DNA from: Lingula anatina
Lineage: Eukaryota; Animalia; Brachiopoda
Length of the DNA: 64,000 nt
Direction of reading: 5' to 3'
Assembly: GCA_051362555.1 (NCBI GenBank)
Contig: CM120646.1
Location: 1,798,001 to 1,862,000 of the forward strand
The first letter of the stretch is position 1. The number at the start of each line of letters is the position of its first letter. The translations under genes and the position numbers were made by a program. Of the stretch, positions 13,451-41,235 are shown piece by piece. The notes under the pieces were generated by a model. That model made no database searches. It was not told the DNA's origin and saw only the letters and a program-made list of their open reading frames with translations.

Positions 13451-14699
13451 TTAGTTATACTACTTGAAACTATATGCTGGCATTTGGGTGGTTTTTGTGA
13501 CAAAAAATTGACTTTGTATGCATCTTTAAAAGACTCACTGCAGAATAATGATAAGCATCAAAAGCGGCTTTTTTTTCTCAATTATTCAACGATACAGCTG
13601 CACTGGCCTATGCAACAATCTTTTCACCTTGTTACCTTTTTTAAATTTATAGCCAAGACACCCTTTACCACATCCTATATGTTTCATGAGAAAATTCACT
13701 TTTTGTATCAAGACCATCACTCAATGGAAAACAAATGAACAGCTGTTAAAAATACAAGTGACCTTCAAATGTTCCATAGTTTAAAAACCTTAAAATAAAA
13801 CTGCAGTAAATATCCTCATGGTTATATAAATACAAGGAAGCAGCTACGATCCTTGTCCATTCTTGCCTTTAGAAAAATATATCAATGCATTGTGAGATCA
13901 GTCAGTTTGTCATATTAAACAGACTATTCCCAATACCTTTGGACAGAATTCCTTATCATCGAGTATACTCCAGGGCTCATGCTGACACAGTTTGGCATGG
14001 CATGAATCTATCACTTCGTGGTCACACTTCCATACTCTGACTTGTATTAAAAATATTGTATTTAGGAAAAAGATTATTTATTCAATGACTTGTCCAAAAA
14101 TCTGTTTAGCAAATGTTTCATTATTGCCGTATGTAACTACTGAGATTGAAAAAAGCACATTACAAGTCATGAATCAGAGTTTAATCTACAATTACCTTCT
14201 TCACTATTCTTATGGTCATAACCAAAAAGGAATGCTCAAAAAATAAAGAATGACGGTTGACTTCAAATCATTAAAACACATACTATTGAAAGTATATAAC
14301 TAGGGCTTCCCTAAATAGAGTTTAGATTTACCTGTAAAGATTTTCCAATATGTTACATTTCATTATTTATATACATAATGATTGAGGCTTACCACATTAG
14401 CTGTGACTTCACCCACATCTCATTATGGTGATGTAAGTAAAGCTTCCTTCTTTTGAAACCTAAGGTCTAACTTAAAAATACCACAAGTTTTTACCATATC
14501 AAAAGAGTGACATTAAGTAACCAAATATATCATATTGTACAGCATCAAATCAATCACCAAAACAGTAAAGAAATATTATTGGTAAGGCGCATATTGAAAT
14601 TGTAAAGTTCCCCGAATTCCAATACAAAATAGTTTTCAAAAATCAATCAGTAGTGCAAGTTTAATGCATACATACAATGCTGGATTTAAAACTCCTCGA

Positions 14700-15494
14700 T
14701 AACAATTTTATTTCTAGGGCTTGGCGAGAATTGTAATATTTTATGGGAAAGGATGGACCAGTGTTGCGTCGGTGTCCCTACACGAACACGACAAGCTGGC
14801 TTCGCGGTTGTTACATTTCAACGTATGCACCATGTTTTATGTAATTTTAAGTCTGAATAAGATACACTGGTGAAATATTTCATAAAGTAACATATGTAAA
14901 TGGTATGTTTATTAGCACAGATTTGAGTCGAGAGAGAGAGAGAGAAATATCCCCAAACAGAAAGTCGCGAATCAATCAGGGGCAAGTTTCTATAATGCGG
15001 CTTATGTTTTACGTTTCGTTCTTACCTTTCGACTCCTCTCTCTTTTTCAATGTTTCTTCGTACAAGGTAACATTTCTAATGTTTCTACTCTTTTAATATA
15101 TGATAATTCACTCAAAGTTTCGGCACTGGCTGTTCACAAGCCCTGTCGAAGCGCCTTCCTTGTGATTCATCCGGGTACTTTATGCGACCTCAGTGGCCCC
15201 GTGACCTTCAGATCACATTCACCTAGTTAATCTCGAATATCACAAAAATATGCATAGAATATGAAGTGAGCAATATTAAAACACCATCAAAATAAATTTC
15301 ATATCTGATTTTGATTCCTCGTGTACTAATAGTTGCTTTTTTTTGCTGACTTTGTTTCTTTGCAAAAATCTCTTTTTGTTTGGAATGGAGACTAACAGTA
15401 TGGCGGCGCCCTTTGACCTGGAGGCAGCTGATTTATTTTTCTGCTGAAAAAAGGTTATGATCCTGCGAATTTTTGAAAACACGGACTTAACATA

Positions 15495-15495
<1 letters not shown>
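14700..15495. promoter_or_regulatory. CpG-rich putative bidirectional promoter of SPOP (-) and RUNDC3 (+)
   Basis: Local CpG enrichment between CpG-poor introns; minus-strand donor gaaag|gtaag at 15026/15025 (candidate SPOP non-coding first exon); ATGGCGGC YY1-like motif at 15400; RUNDC3 ATG at 15495. Confidence 0.6.
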
Positions 15496-30196
<14,701 letters not shown>

Positions 30197-30994
30197 TTTA
30201 TGGTCCAGTTTACAAAATGAGTATGTATTTCCCACCATGAAAGGATGCTTCCCATGAAATGACAGTATTAGTGTTCTGTGGTTATATATGTACATGTATG
30301 CCAACTATTCACTGCAGTACAATTGCTCTGTCTTCTGGCAATGTCCTCATGTAGTTTTGTTTACAAGGAGATCGCAAATATGGTGCTTTTTAGGGCTTCT
30401 GGTCTTTTTTCTTTCATTTATATAATATATTGTATTCTACATATACAGCATTATTTCTTTTTTTGTGTGTTTGTTTGTGTTCAAGATCAGACAACAGGAT
30501 TACTGTGATACAAGGATTAGATGAAACCAAATTTGAATTGTAGAAATTCAGATATATGTGTACACTTTGGTATAAGTTATAAAATATTGAGATATTGGCA
30601 TTAGAAAGAATATTCCACACAGAAATTTTGCTAAAATTACAAGTACTGCCCCATAGCCCTTTCCATGCTGGTGGTCTAGACTCGAGGCAAATTTTAGGAC
30701 CAACTTTTTCTTCATTTGGAGGAGTCAAATGAACAATTTCAAGCATTCCACGCATTTCAGATCTTGTATAAAATGCAATTTTGAGCAGAAATGATTTTTT
30801 TTTTCTGTAAGATGCATTTGAGAAACAAGAAAATGCAATTTATAGAAGAGAACAATCTTATTGACTGTCTCCTTTCATAACTTACATTTCTTAATTAGAT
30901 TGTGTATTTTTCCTTTTTTTTTCCATTTATTTACTTTGAGAGTCTGTCACCTGGCAGTAGAATCATACTCTATGTATTTTAACCTTTGATGGTT

Positions 30995-31176
30995 TGTTAC
31001 ATAATAGCCTAAACTAAACTTATCGGTCGATTTTGATCAAATTTTCAGGATAGATCAGATATGGGTTAACTTAGAATTAATAAGATTTTGGTTGGGATCC
31101 ATCAATACATAATAATTAATTATTAGAACGGAGCTGCCTTGATGGAAATTTGTGCTCTGGGAGTGGTTTTCTAGTT
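30995..31176 (+). mobile_element. degenerate Helentron-type MITE remnant
   Basis: 3' end gccttgatggaaatttgtgctctgggagtggttttctagtt resembles the subTIR + hairpin + CTAGTT end of Helentron-derived elements; heavily decayed. Confidence 0.35.
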
Positions 31177-32553
31177 GGATGGTGATTCCCCATCTTCTAG
31201 TTGTTCTACTATTAACTAGGGGTCTAGATATTCTGGGTGCTGTAGTGATAGCAGATCTAGCAGAGTATCCAATACTTTTAAAACCATGTCAACTATAATA
31301 TACATATCAAATATATTTGATGAATTGCAGTGGCAATATTTTTCAACTGCAATATGCTGTGTAAAACTCATTGTGGAATTATTTCAGAAAAAATTGATTT
31401 ATGAAAATACTCCTTGTGAGAGAAGACTGTTATGAGCAGAAATGGCAATATTAGAACTCACATTATAATGCATTCATGTTTATATAAACTTCTAATTTCC
31501 TACTGCATTTGAGATTCAAATTTCTTTTTTTGGTATGGTTAAAAAGGCCAATATAACAAAAAGTTACATTTCTTGAATTATTTAAAAGGCAAAATGAGCA
31601 TTAAGCCTCTTTTAAGCAAAAATTTTTTTTTTTTAATAGCTAATGATTTTCTCAATGGTTTTACATAAGGAAATATTTTGATGATAAAGAAAAAAGTCAC
31701 AAAAATTTTTAAGAACGTTTTTTTCTACATTGGTTAATGTTTTCAAGATTTTGCCTGATTTCAGTTTCCATTTTAAACAATTTTTTCATGTGGTACAGAT
31801 GCAATGAAAATTTCCAAGCTGCATTTCAGGAATTTCAGTTTTTACAACGTTCACCCATGTTTCTATAAAAAGGTCCAAGGTGCATTACATCCTCTGGGTG
31901 ACATCTTGATTTTTTCCAGCACCAGACTTGATATCCAACGCAAATATATATTACCCCTTTATATATCAAGTATCAACATCTAGTCTTCTGCCTTAAAGTT
32001 CATGATTTCCCAGCGATGTTCAATGATTATCAGTAAAAAAACACAGTTGATGTAAGATGTAATTGATGTTAAAAAAGATGTCTTTATCAATATAGTACAG
32101 TAATGACTAAAACTATTCAATGGGCAAAATATATATTATCAACCACTGATATACATAATGTTATGATCACAAAATATTGTATTTCTGTATAGCTTTTTGG
32201 GTGCTTTAACTACATAGAATGGAACTGTAGAGTAGGTTACTTTCAGTTTTGTTGCTACCACTCAATAGGAACGTTCTAATATCTGGAAATAATTACTTCA
32301 AAATACAGCATTTGTAAAATTCACATTTTCCCCCCATTGAAATGATGAAGTCATTGCCATACTTTATTTTGTTGTAAAATATATTTTTATTAACCATAAC
32401 TGGTCAGGGCTTCTGTAATGTTGATCGCATGGTAATTATTTTTCTTTTCATTTGTATAAATTATAAATTCACTTTGCAGTTGCAATCAGAGATTCGACAG
32501 AGTTACTTAGATAATGTTATAGTAAGAGATTATATTGAAATGTGATATTGTTA

Positions 32554-34772
32554 TTTTTATGTACAGACACAGATGTGTCTGTACATATTGCCATCACCTG
32601 CGTCTGTCGTCGCCGTCGCCGTCCCTGTCGCCGTCCCTGTCGCCGTCGATGTCGCTGTCGCCGTCGCCGTCGCCGTGCACTTTCATCGTTAACACAATAA
32701 GTGGAAGACAGTTTTACTTTTTGGCTTTATATTTACAGAGCTGATGAATATTCATAAAACGCAGGTCAAGTTCGAAAATCAGCATGTTTGGGCAATTATT
32801 GTAGTATTTATGCTGTGTTTTCACTTTTTAGCATATATGCAACACTGTTAACACATTTCAAGGAAAACCGATAGGCCTGTTGTCATGAAACTCACAGGAG
32901 TAATCAATCTTACTAAAACGCAGATCAAGTTCGAAAATCGGCATGATCGGGCCACTATTTTAGTAGTTATGCTGTTTTTTTCACTTTTCAGCATATGTGC
33001 AACACTGTTAACACATTTCAAGGAAAACCGATAGACCTGTTGTCATGAAACTCACAGGAGTAATTAATCTTACTAAAATGCAGGTCAAGTTCGAAAATCA
33101 GCATAATCGGGCCATTATTTTATAAGTTATGCTGTTTTAAAACATTTCCTCAGATTCAATTCTTAGGCATGTTAACAGTCTCATTATTTAACTAATAAGA
33201 TTCGTAAAAGTGTTTGTTTGACATTTCCTGCATCTTTACAACATTGTTAGTTGATTATGTAAAAATGATGGTAAACTTGTTATCATGTATTGTATAATAG
33301 AGTTTCAAAAATGGAAATAAACTCATATCATTGCAGTTTGTCAGATTCATTCATTCACTATGTTCAGAAACTCAGAATGGAGGAAATTGGACATTAAACA
33401 CTGTTCTATTGATATTTTTCCCATCTCATCAATTTTCTTAGTTGATCATATATAAATGGCAGTAAATTGTTAATTTTGTTATATGTTAAAAAATTGTTAA
33501 AAATGGAAAAAAAAACATTTCAAGACAGTGCTGTCTTGTCTACATTTTGGCATTTTCAAGGTGTGACTTTGAAGTTCCTTTGGCCTGAAGACCTTTGCTA
33601 GTCACATTTTCTGAATATCCATGATACTGATATTTTATTATTAAAAATTGATGGTAATTATCCTGTTAAACATTATGTAATAGTGCATCAAAATTTGAAG
33701 ACACCCCTATTTTGGACACTGCTCCCATGATGACCATTTCAGGAAAACCATGTCACTTATTGTTCTCAAACTTACAGGAAGAAACATGGGACTTAAATAA
33801 AGCTTCAGTGGGCAATGCAGACTATTTGGTAAATTTTTTTGGCAGTTAATCAGTTTTTTGTGAAAATTTAATTTTTCACATATTGGCATTTTCAAGGTGT
33901 GACTTAGAACCTCCACGGGCTTGAAGACCCATGCTAGTCACATTTTCTGAAAATCCACGATACGGATCTTTTATTATTAAAAACTGATGGTCATTATGCT
34001 GTTAAGCAAGAAAACACAAGAAGAAAGAAGAAAACACAATTTTGGGTGCTGCTGCCATGATGACCATTATGGGAAAACCATGTTACTTATGATTGTCAAA
34101 CTTTCAGAAAAGAAACAAAGGACTAAAATGCAGCCTGAGTTGGAAAAGCAGTCTAATTGGCTTCTTTTTCTGGAAGTTATACATTTTAGTGAAATATTCA
34201 TTTTTATCATGTTGGCATATTCATTGTGGGACTCGAAGCTCCCATGGACATGAAGCCAAATGGTAATCAAATTTTCTACATGTCCATGCTATTTATAGTC
34301 AATAATCAAAAATTGGTGATAATTATTCTGTAATTTATTTTGTAATGTTACATCAAAATTGACAAAAATCTTTTTGCACTACTACTACAAACATTATGAA
34401 AAGAAAACTATGTTACTTATTATTATTTTCAACTTACAAGTATGATTTGTAGGATTGGCATGCAGTTCAAATTAGAAAGCCAGCTCAAATGGGTTATCAT
34501 TTATTATTGAATTTAAGCAGTTTTATGTGAAATTTTCATTTTTCTCATTCTGGCATTTTTAAAGTGTGAACTTAAACTCCCGTGGGCCTGAAGCCTTACG
34601 CTTGTTACACATTTCACTTACATTGGTATTACCTGTTGAGCATAATTAAAATTTGATGTTGAATTTGCAGTTAAGCATAATGTACTTTTGCATCAGAATT
34701 GACAGTAGCCTGTTTTGTGCATTGTTATTGTCTGCTTTTTGTCTGTACATTTGACAGCTTTGCTGCCTTGTT
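32554..34772 (+). mobile_element. Helentron-associated non-autonomous element family 2, copy B
   Basis: Same architecture as 7470-9452 (5' hairpin, GTCGCC microsatellite, 159-bp repeats, 3' TGTCTGTACAT plus hairpin), with an extra ~300-bp repeat unit. Confidence 0.85.
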
Positions 34773-34864
34773 TGTTTTTCAATCAAAAAGTTAATTAGTA
34801 CTTATTTGTTTTTCTGATTATTATTTTTTGCTTTATATTCAGACTCTGAATGAATAGAAATGTC

Positions 34865-34870
34865 AATAAA
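34865..34870 (+). terminator. candidate RUNDC3 polyadenylation signal
   Basis: AATAAA at the point where CpG-poor, AT-rich sequence ends; would imply a ~4.7-kb 3' UTR. Unverified. Confidence 0.35.
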
Positions 34871-36655
34871 TATTTGGTGTCATGCCTCAAAGCCTTCTTA
34901 GTGTTTCTAATTGCTAAGTTGAATTGATTGTCAAAACAAAACGGCTTCACTTGGCAAATATATAATACGGCTTAGGAAAATAAAATCGTTTCATTCATCA
35001 AAGATGAAGGCAATTTTGTTATGACATGTAAAGCGCAGAGATAACAATATTTGCTGGGTTTTTGACTTTTGTTTTGCTTGAACAGGCAGGTAAAGAGTAA
35101 TCAGTAAATTGAAGTGGCAATCTCAACTCTCCCTACTAATGCTGTGGCTGCTGAGCAATCATTGCGGTAGATGTGCCAGCGCAATGTTCTGGCACATCTA
35201 TCGCAATGATTGCGCTGGCACATCTACCGCAATGAAGAATATTCTCCATACATGTAGAATGTGACAACGGAATATTCTACATGTAAATCCATTTTGGACC
35301 CTAGGACGAGAGTTGCGACACATTGGTGGGAAACAGACAATCTAGTGTGCTCGGTACTGGTGGCGAGGCGGAAAGCGTCTTCCAACCCAATGTCTGCTGT
35401 CTAAACTTTTTTTGCGCCGATGTTTCGTTTTTGTGCTCTTTTCCGAGTCCTGAACAAATTAACACTTGCTCATTATAAGGCGCACGTGTTTTTCTCAAAA
35501 GTTACTTTAGTAATGCGCTTGCACGAGTTCATTTGGCTTGCAGTCAAATAATATATTTTAAGTAGCCTAACGTGACCCTTGTATCTGAGAGAGAAAAATG
35601 TAACCACAATTGGTTAATCTTTATAGACAAGCAAAAGAGTACACTAAATGACTCTTTATAATGAATGAATGTATAAAAATGAGACTCGCAAAAATGAGAG
35701 ACGCTTGAACATGCAAATTTAAACTAAATTTCGAACGAGAGCTCTCTCAACCATTTCACTGTATTGACATGTCTGAGTCACGTGATAAACAAACAGTTGA
35801 CCAGAAACAGGCGATAAAAAACGAAAACGGAAGAAAAAGTAGCTCGTTTTATTTTCTTTTTATTTCTTAATTATTCATGAAAAAATACAAGAAGTACTAC
35901 ACTGTGTGCCTTTTAAATGCTAAGTTGAATGACTATGGTTTTAACAACTGATTATGTAGCATTTGCTGCAGCTGGCGTTACACTTTGTCAAGCTTACTTT
36001 TGAGTGCCAGGGTAGAGTGAATTACTGTGCATAATTAAAAGTGATAATTTTAACTAAATGTTATGAAAGACAAAGATGTGCATCCGAAAATGTGCATCTA
36101 AGTGAAGTAAATTCACGTGCTGAAATGATTAATACTTTAAGAAATACACGAGAGATTCATTTTTTGAAATAAAAAGATAAAACGTTGATAGTCATATTAA
36201 AAGCTGTCCCGATGCCCGTATGTTTTGAAGATTCGGATTCGGGTAAATATTTAGAGCACCTTAATTCTAACAACAGATTTGGCCCAAATATTGTATAATA
36301 CACATCAGATTTGTCTTCATTTATGTTAATACAAAAGTAAATACATCTGAGATTTCCTATATAGGATAGTTAACAAAACCATAGATTAGCGTATGAAAAA
36401 CAAAAGAAATAGGCGATATCCCACAGATGATAATTTGGGAATAAGAACGTGCTTCATTGAATAACAAAGCAAAAAGCAACGATGGCACCGCATCCCTTTG
36501 TTTCACAAAAACACCAAAACTAGTTAACAATTCCCCAGTATCTATTGAAATCTCCACAGAAAAGTCTCATTTCAGTGCGCAACTTGTAGAATTGACTTTC
36601 GTTCATCGACCCGAAAAGGAGGCACACATTTGGAGTCTGTCCAAAGGCAGTTTTC

Positions 36656-36707
36656 TTACAGCTTTTCTTTGTATTCGAAATCGGTTCCCTTGATGTGCTG
36701 AACTAAC
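36656..36707 (-). CDS. hemerythrin exon 4
   Basis: [16 protein letters not shown]. Confidence 0.95.
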
Positions 36708-38922
36708 CTATTAAAAATGAAAAACAAAATTGTATCACTGTGATAAATTACATAAAAATATAATCATTTCGAACATTTTTTTCTCTCTACTTCATACCTC
36801 GTTCGTTCTATTCGATCTTGCACTTTCAATCACCGTTTCAGTTAGAAAAATATCTTCTACGATAAAATATTGAAACATAAACCTACGTCTTCATATAAAG
36901 GATAAACCACTCCCCCATTTTTTTATATCTAAACCAGAAATAGATCTGCTTATTTAAAAGCACGTGAGAAATAGATCGTTCATCCGGATTTCTTTTAATG
37001 TTGCGCTTTCTTGCCTGAATTTCTTTTCTAGTACATTTAGTCGAATTTTATGAAATGGTTCCTTCCCAACAACCAGACTTGAGGGATAACTTTAAAAGTG
37101 ATAAAACTGAACCACGGTCGGCGGTCTAACAGAGTAGAAAACCATTTTTATACCTATCTTGGATTGTAAATGGTCTTAATGAGTTGACACGTTGTTCTTA
37201 ACGCTCAACACATGACGTAACAAATCTAGTTCGAGCTTGAATTCCTTAAATATAAGATGGTCGCCTGATGACGTCATACAGTGTAGTTCGGTTATAAAAT
37301 GGTTCATTTTACACGTGCTTATGAATGCAAGACGATCAAGAAAAAACTTACCAGTCTTTGGCGAAGTGAATCTGGTCATCGTTGAGAGGACATGAGAGCT
37401 TAGATATATCTGCAATAAACTTGTCGTGTTTTTGCTTATGTGCAGCCAAGTCGCCATATTTTGTTGATTTCGCCATCATGCCCTGAAAGTGAATAGTGTA
37501 AAAGTGACGGTCATTTACGGTACAGATACAGTAATGATAACGCCACTGTTACCCTTCAAGATGCATTTAAAATCATTTTTTGCCACAAAGCACGACCAAA
37601 TATTATTGTATATTTCAAAAAAGGTAACTTATATAATAATTAGAGAAGTCCAAAAGTGCATGGTTTCACATTTTCCGGATGAAATATGAATAAATTTTTC
37701 AGCTTTCTTTCTGTGCTATAAATATCCCTCGGAGGTTTGATTTGAATAAGTATGCATTTGCGCGAGCAAATATACATCCATAGTTTTAAATCTATATTGG
37801 CTGAAAGAAAGGCATATTGCCTTTATTTTAGTGGTATAAGAAACTAGTAGAAGTGGTGCATGTATCTTTGGGAGTCCTTTATAGAAACAAGAATGTGTAC
37901 TTGTACATGTACATGGGGGTCCTTCCACCAAAAAAGTCAACATTTGAATCACATCAGCTGTTTTATATCACTATTTAATTTTCGTTGATTTCTTTCCACA
38001 TTGTAGGGTAAAATAGCGTTAACAAGTGGCAGGTTCAAATTATACAAATACATTGTGCAAAATGTGCGTGTCATTGACAGACTCGAATGTTCACCTTTTT
38101 GTGAAATGAGCCCTGCTACACAGTTTTGGCTGATAATAAGAGCCAGTGATAGATCAAAATATAATGAAAAACTGTTGTGCATACAGAAGTGCTTCTTTTA
38201 TGTTAAATGCATATTTTATATTTAAAAAAAGTCGAGTGCATTTTGATTTCAGAGCACATATAGCTTGAAGGAAGGGCAAGAGGTAAAAATGAGGGAGAGA
38301 GAGAGAGAAAGACGTACCTCTTCATCAGCGAAATGATCCTTGCAAACTTTAATGAGACTTTGCAGCGCGGCAGCGTCTCCCCTGTTTTTATCACACGCAA
38401 AGATCCCATCAAAGATAGCCCTGTGTTCCGCGTCCAAGTTTTCATACTGAAAGCAATATAATCGATAAATTCATCAAAAAGAAGTCAATTATTGTTTGCA
38501 TGCAGACATCAAATGTAAATATTCATTATATAATAAAAGAAAGGTATAACATATCCCAACTTTCGTGTAGTAATTATTTTCTCTTCACTTAATAATGCAT
38601 ATACTACATATCATAAATGGACGCATAAGTTAATGATCATTGCGTCATTTTCAATATAGATCTTATCTAGCACGAAAAAATGTTTTATCAAGATCCGCCA
38701 AACATTCAATACATCATTATAAAAAGGGCGTTTTCTTACATTATTCGAAAAAACGGTAATTCCTTAAATCTTACTCGTTTTACTACAAATATATGGAAAT
38801 TATCTAAGATGTCTTAAAATTCCATAATGCTAAATTATTTTTTAAAGATGATTTAAAAAAATACTCACGAAAACCCTGAAGGACTCGTCCCATTTGTATG
38901 GTTCAGGAATATCGAAACCCAT
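36656..38922 (-). CDS. Myohemerythrin-type non-heme di-iron protein, 4 exons, 121 aa
   Basis: join(38922-38869,38446-38318,37482-37352,36707-36656): [121 protein letters not shown]. Ligands H26, H56, E60, H76, H80, H109 and D114 are present; all introns GT-AG. Confidence 0.96.
37352..37482 (-). CDS. hemerythrin exon 3
   Basis: [22 protein letters not shown]...HFAKDW; GTAAGT donor. Confidence 0.95.
38318..38446 (-). CDS. hemerythrin exon 2
   Basis: [16 protein letters not shown]...KDHFADEE. Confidence 0.95.
38869..38922 (-). CDS. hemerythrin exon 1
   Basis: [24 protein letters not shown] donor. Confidence 0.95.
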
Positions 38923-39043
38923 GATTTAGGTAAGGGATAGAGAAAAATATCTCTGAGAAGTTACAAAAGCCTTACGAAAGCACTGAGTTTCGCTGAACCC
39001 GAGCACTGAAATGAAATTTAGACTAAAAAGTTCTTGTGGCCGG

Positions 39044-39051
39044 TTTTTATA
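39044..39051 (-). promoter_or_regulatory. TATA box of the hemerythrin gene
   Basis: TATAAAAA on the minus strand ~125 bp upstream of the ATG, with TCATT/TCAGT Inr-like sequence ~35-45 bp downstream. Confidence 0.7.
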
Positions 39052-41174
39052 CTGTCTGGGCCCTTGTGTTGAAGCTGTGGCTCGCGTAGTCGAAGCACGT
39101 ACGCATTGAGGCTCTCCAGGATCAAGGTCGTTTGAAAGACGTCGGCTATCCGCCTTTGTTTTCATGAATTTTCTCTTCCGTAAGAAAAGGACGTAGTTGA
39201 CTTTGAGTAAGTGCACAAGAGTATTCGCTAAAGAGATGTCAGCAATCATGATAAGTCAGGCTTAATTTGTGCTGAAATTTCTTCTCAACAACACATTAGA
39301 ACATTTTGAGCTTTGATGAAAAGATTGAATAACAGATACCATATATCATATCGAGTTCAACATATGAATAACATACTATAAGAAATTGTTGTAAGGAACC
39401 GGCAAAACGCCACAAAACATAAAGCATTGCATTCGGGCTATAATTACTGTATGCTTATTTCCTCAAGAAAGTTTTACAACGGCGGAAAATGTTTTTTATC
39501 CTCGGGAGCCACGTTTTAAACAGAAGCAATTCTAAAGCGGGAAAAGACTCGCAATAGTCATGTAGGCACACGTATGCTTGTGGAAAATTTTAGCGCCTCT
39601 TTTTCTAGGACCCTTTTCCGTGCTGGAATTAAAAGCAAGATAACCAAAGAGCCTTAAAGCGATCTATTACTGATTTTGTTTACCAGCTTATTTCACCCAC
39701 CAATTTTACTGCGAATTCAAATTGTTTTCAGGTATTGATTCTATCGACATGGAGAATTACATACCTATTCGTTTTGGGCATTGAATATATTGTAGTACTG
39801 GCAGAGCTGGGATTGGAGTTTTTTAATGTATTGAATGAATGCCAATTTATTTTCTTACGAATATCACAGATTTATGCATTATAAGTAGAACTCCTTTGCT
39901 GAGTCATCGAATTGCGTATTTACAGTTTTCTAGCGGAACCAAACAGGGTTCTTATAGTTTTGTCATTGAGCAGATTGCTAACTCAGATTGTCACAACTTA
40001 TGCTCCACCAAACCAATAAGCTTAACAATAGTTGTCTCTTTCTTCGTGTCTTTTTTATTTTAAGAATTGGCCTGATCTCTGGCTGTAATGTTACATTAAC
40101 CAGTGCGCACGGAGCGTCATTAAAATGTAAACACATCTGATTCAGGAATTCACGCAAGTTCTCCACTACAGCGTTTTAAATTGACGTAAATATACACTGT
40201 GTGGCAATTTAAAGGCACATAGTGAACGTTAGACCTTTATATATATAAAGCTTAAAATTTGTCTAGTGATTTTCGACACTTTTCACTTAATCATCAACAA
40301 AAAAAAAACATTAGCGAAATTTGCTATCTATAAACTCGTGCTTGAAAATTTCTTAAGTCGAAGAAAATCTTTCTTCACCTCCATTCCATTTAGAGATGGA
40401 GATAAATGAAAACTAACTGCTAGATTTAGATCCAGTAGAAACTTGCTGTTTTTTTTTTTTTTTTTTGACAAATTTTAGTTTCAAATAATCTCTGAACTCG
40501 GGTCCCTTGCACTTCTACCGATTCAGTGGCTAACCTTGTTTGATTCAATAGATCACCTTTTTAGCTGTAAAGGTCGCTATTAAGGCAAACGCTTTTATTT
40601 TATTCTGTTCTATTTTGTATTTCTAAGATCTGGAAATACACATTCAGTGCGTCTTAATTGTGTCATTTTCTATTAGGAATACCTGGGAAGATAACGTATT
40701 ATATTTCGACTGCAAAACAATGACAAATTGGTTCAAATTGTAATGGGTGCAAGTGGCCTACACAAGCTAGTGCAGGGGTGTGGGTTAATAAGGTCGACTT
40801 ACAAGGGTTGTCTTAAAATAAACGCGCCCACCGCGTAATAGACGAAAGTGGTGCGATAGACGGGGAAGTTTTAGAAAAGAGAGTTCATTAAGCCAAAGAG
40901 TAATTCAGGCACTATAATTTCTCCATTAAAACAAAATTTAAGTAATTGCCGACCTCAAAATATCAGTAACTTCACTAACTGAGTAAGTGCCAAGTTAAAG
41001 ACGCAGCTAACATTTCAAACTAAAACCCCTGTATTTTCTCTGCGAGAGAAGAGTAAAAACATGTCTAATAACCTTCATGCCATCAGGACGACTTGCCCTT
41101 CATCAATACCACCTAGCCACACAAGTTGGATGTTTGTTAATTAGCTGTGTGTTGATTCCTCACACGTCACGTCT

Positions 41175-41181
<7 letters not shown>

Positions 41182-41232
<51 letters not shown>
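41182..41232. repeat. (TA)n microsatellite
   Basis: Perfect run. Confidence 0.97.

Positions 41233-41235
<3 letters not shown>

Noticed and set aside
35545-35600. Minus-strand cag|A TAC AAG GGT CAC (YKGH) as an alternative hemerythrin last exon
   Set aside because: The exon at 36707-36656 already supplies the H109/D114 ligands and stop; this piece lacks them and matches only 3 residues.
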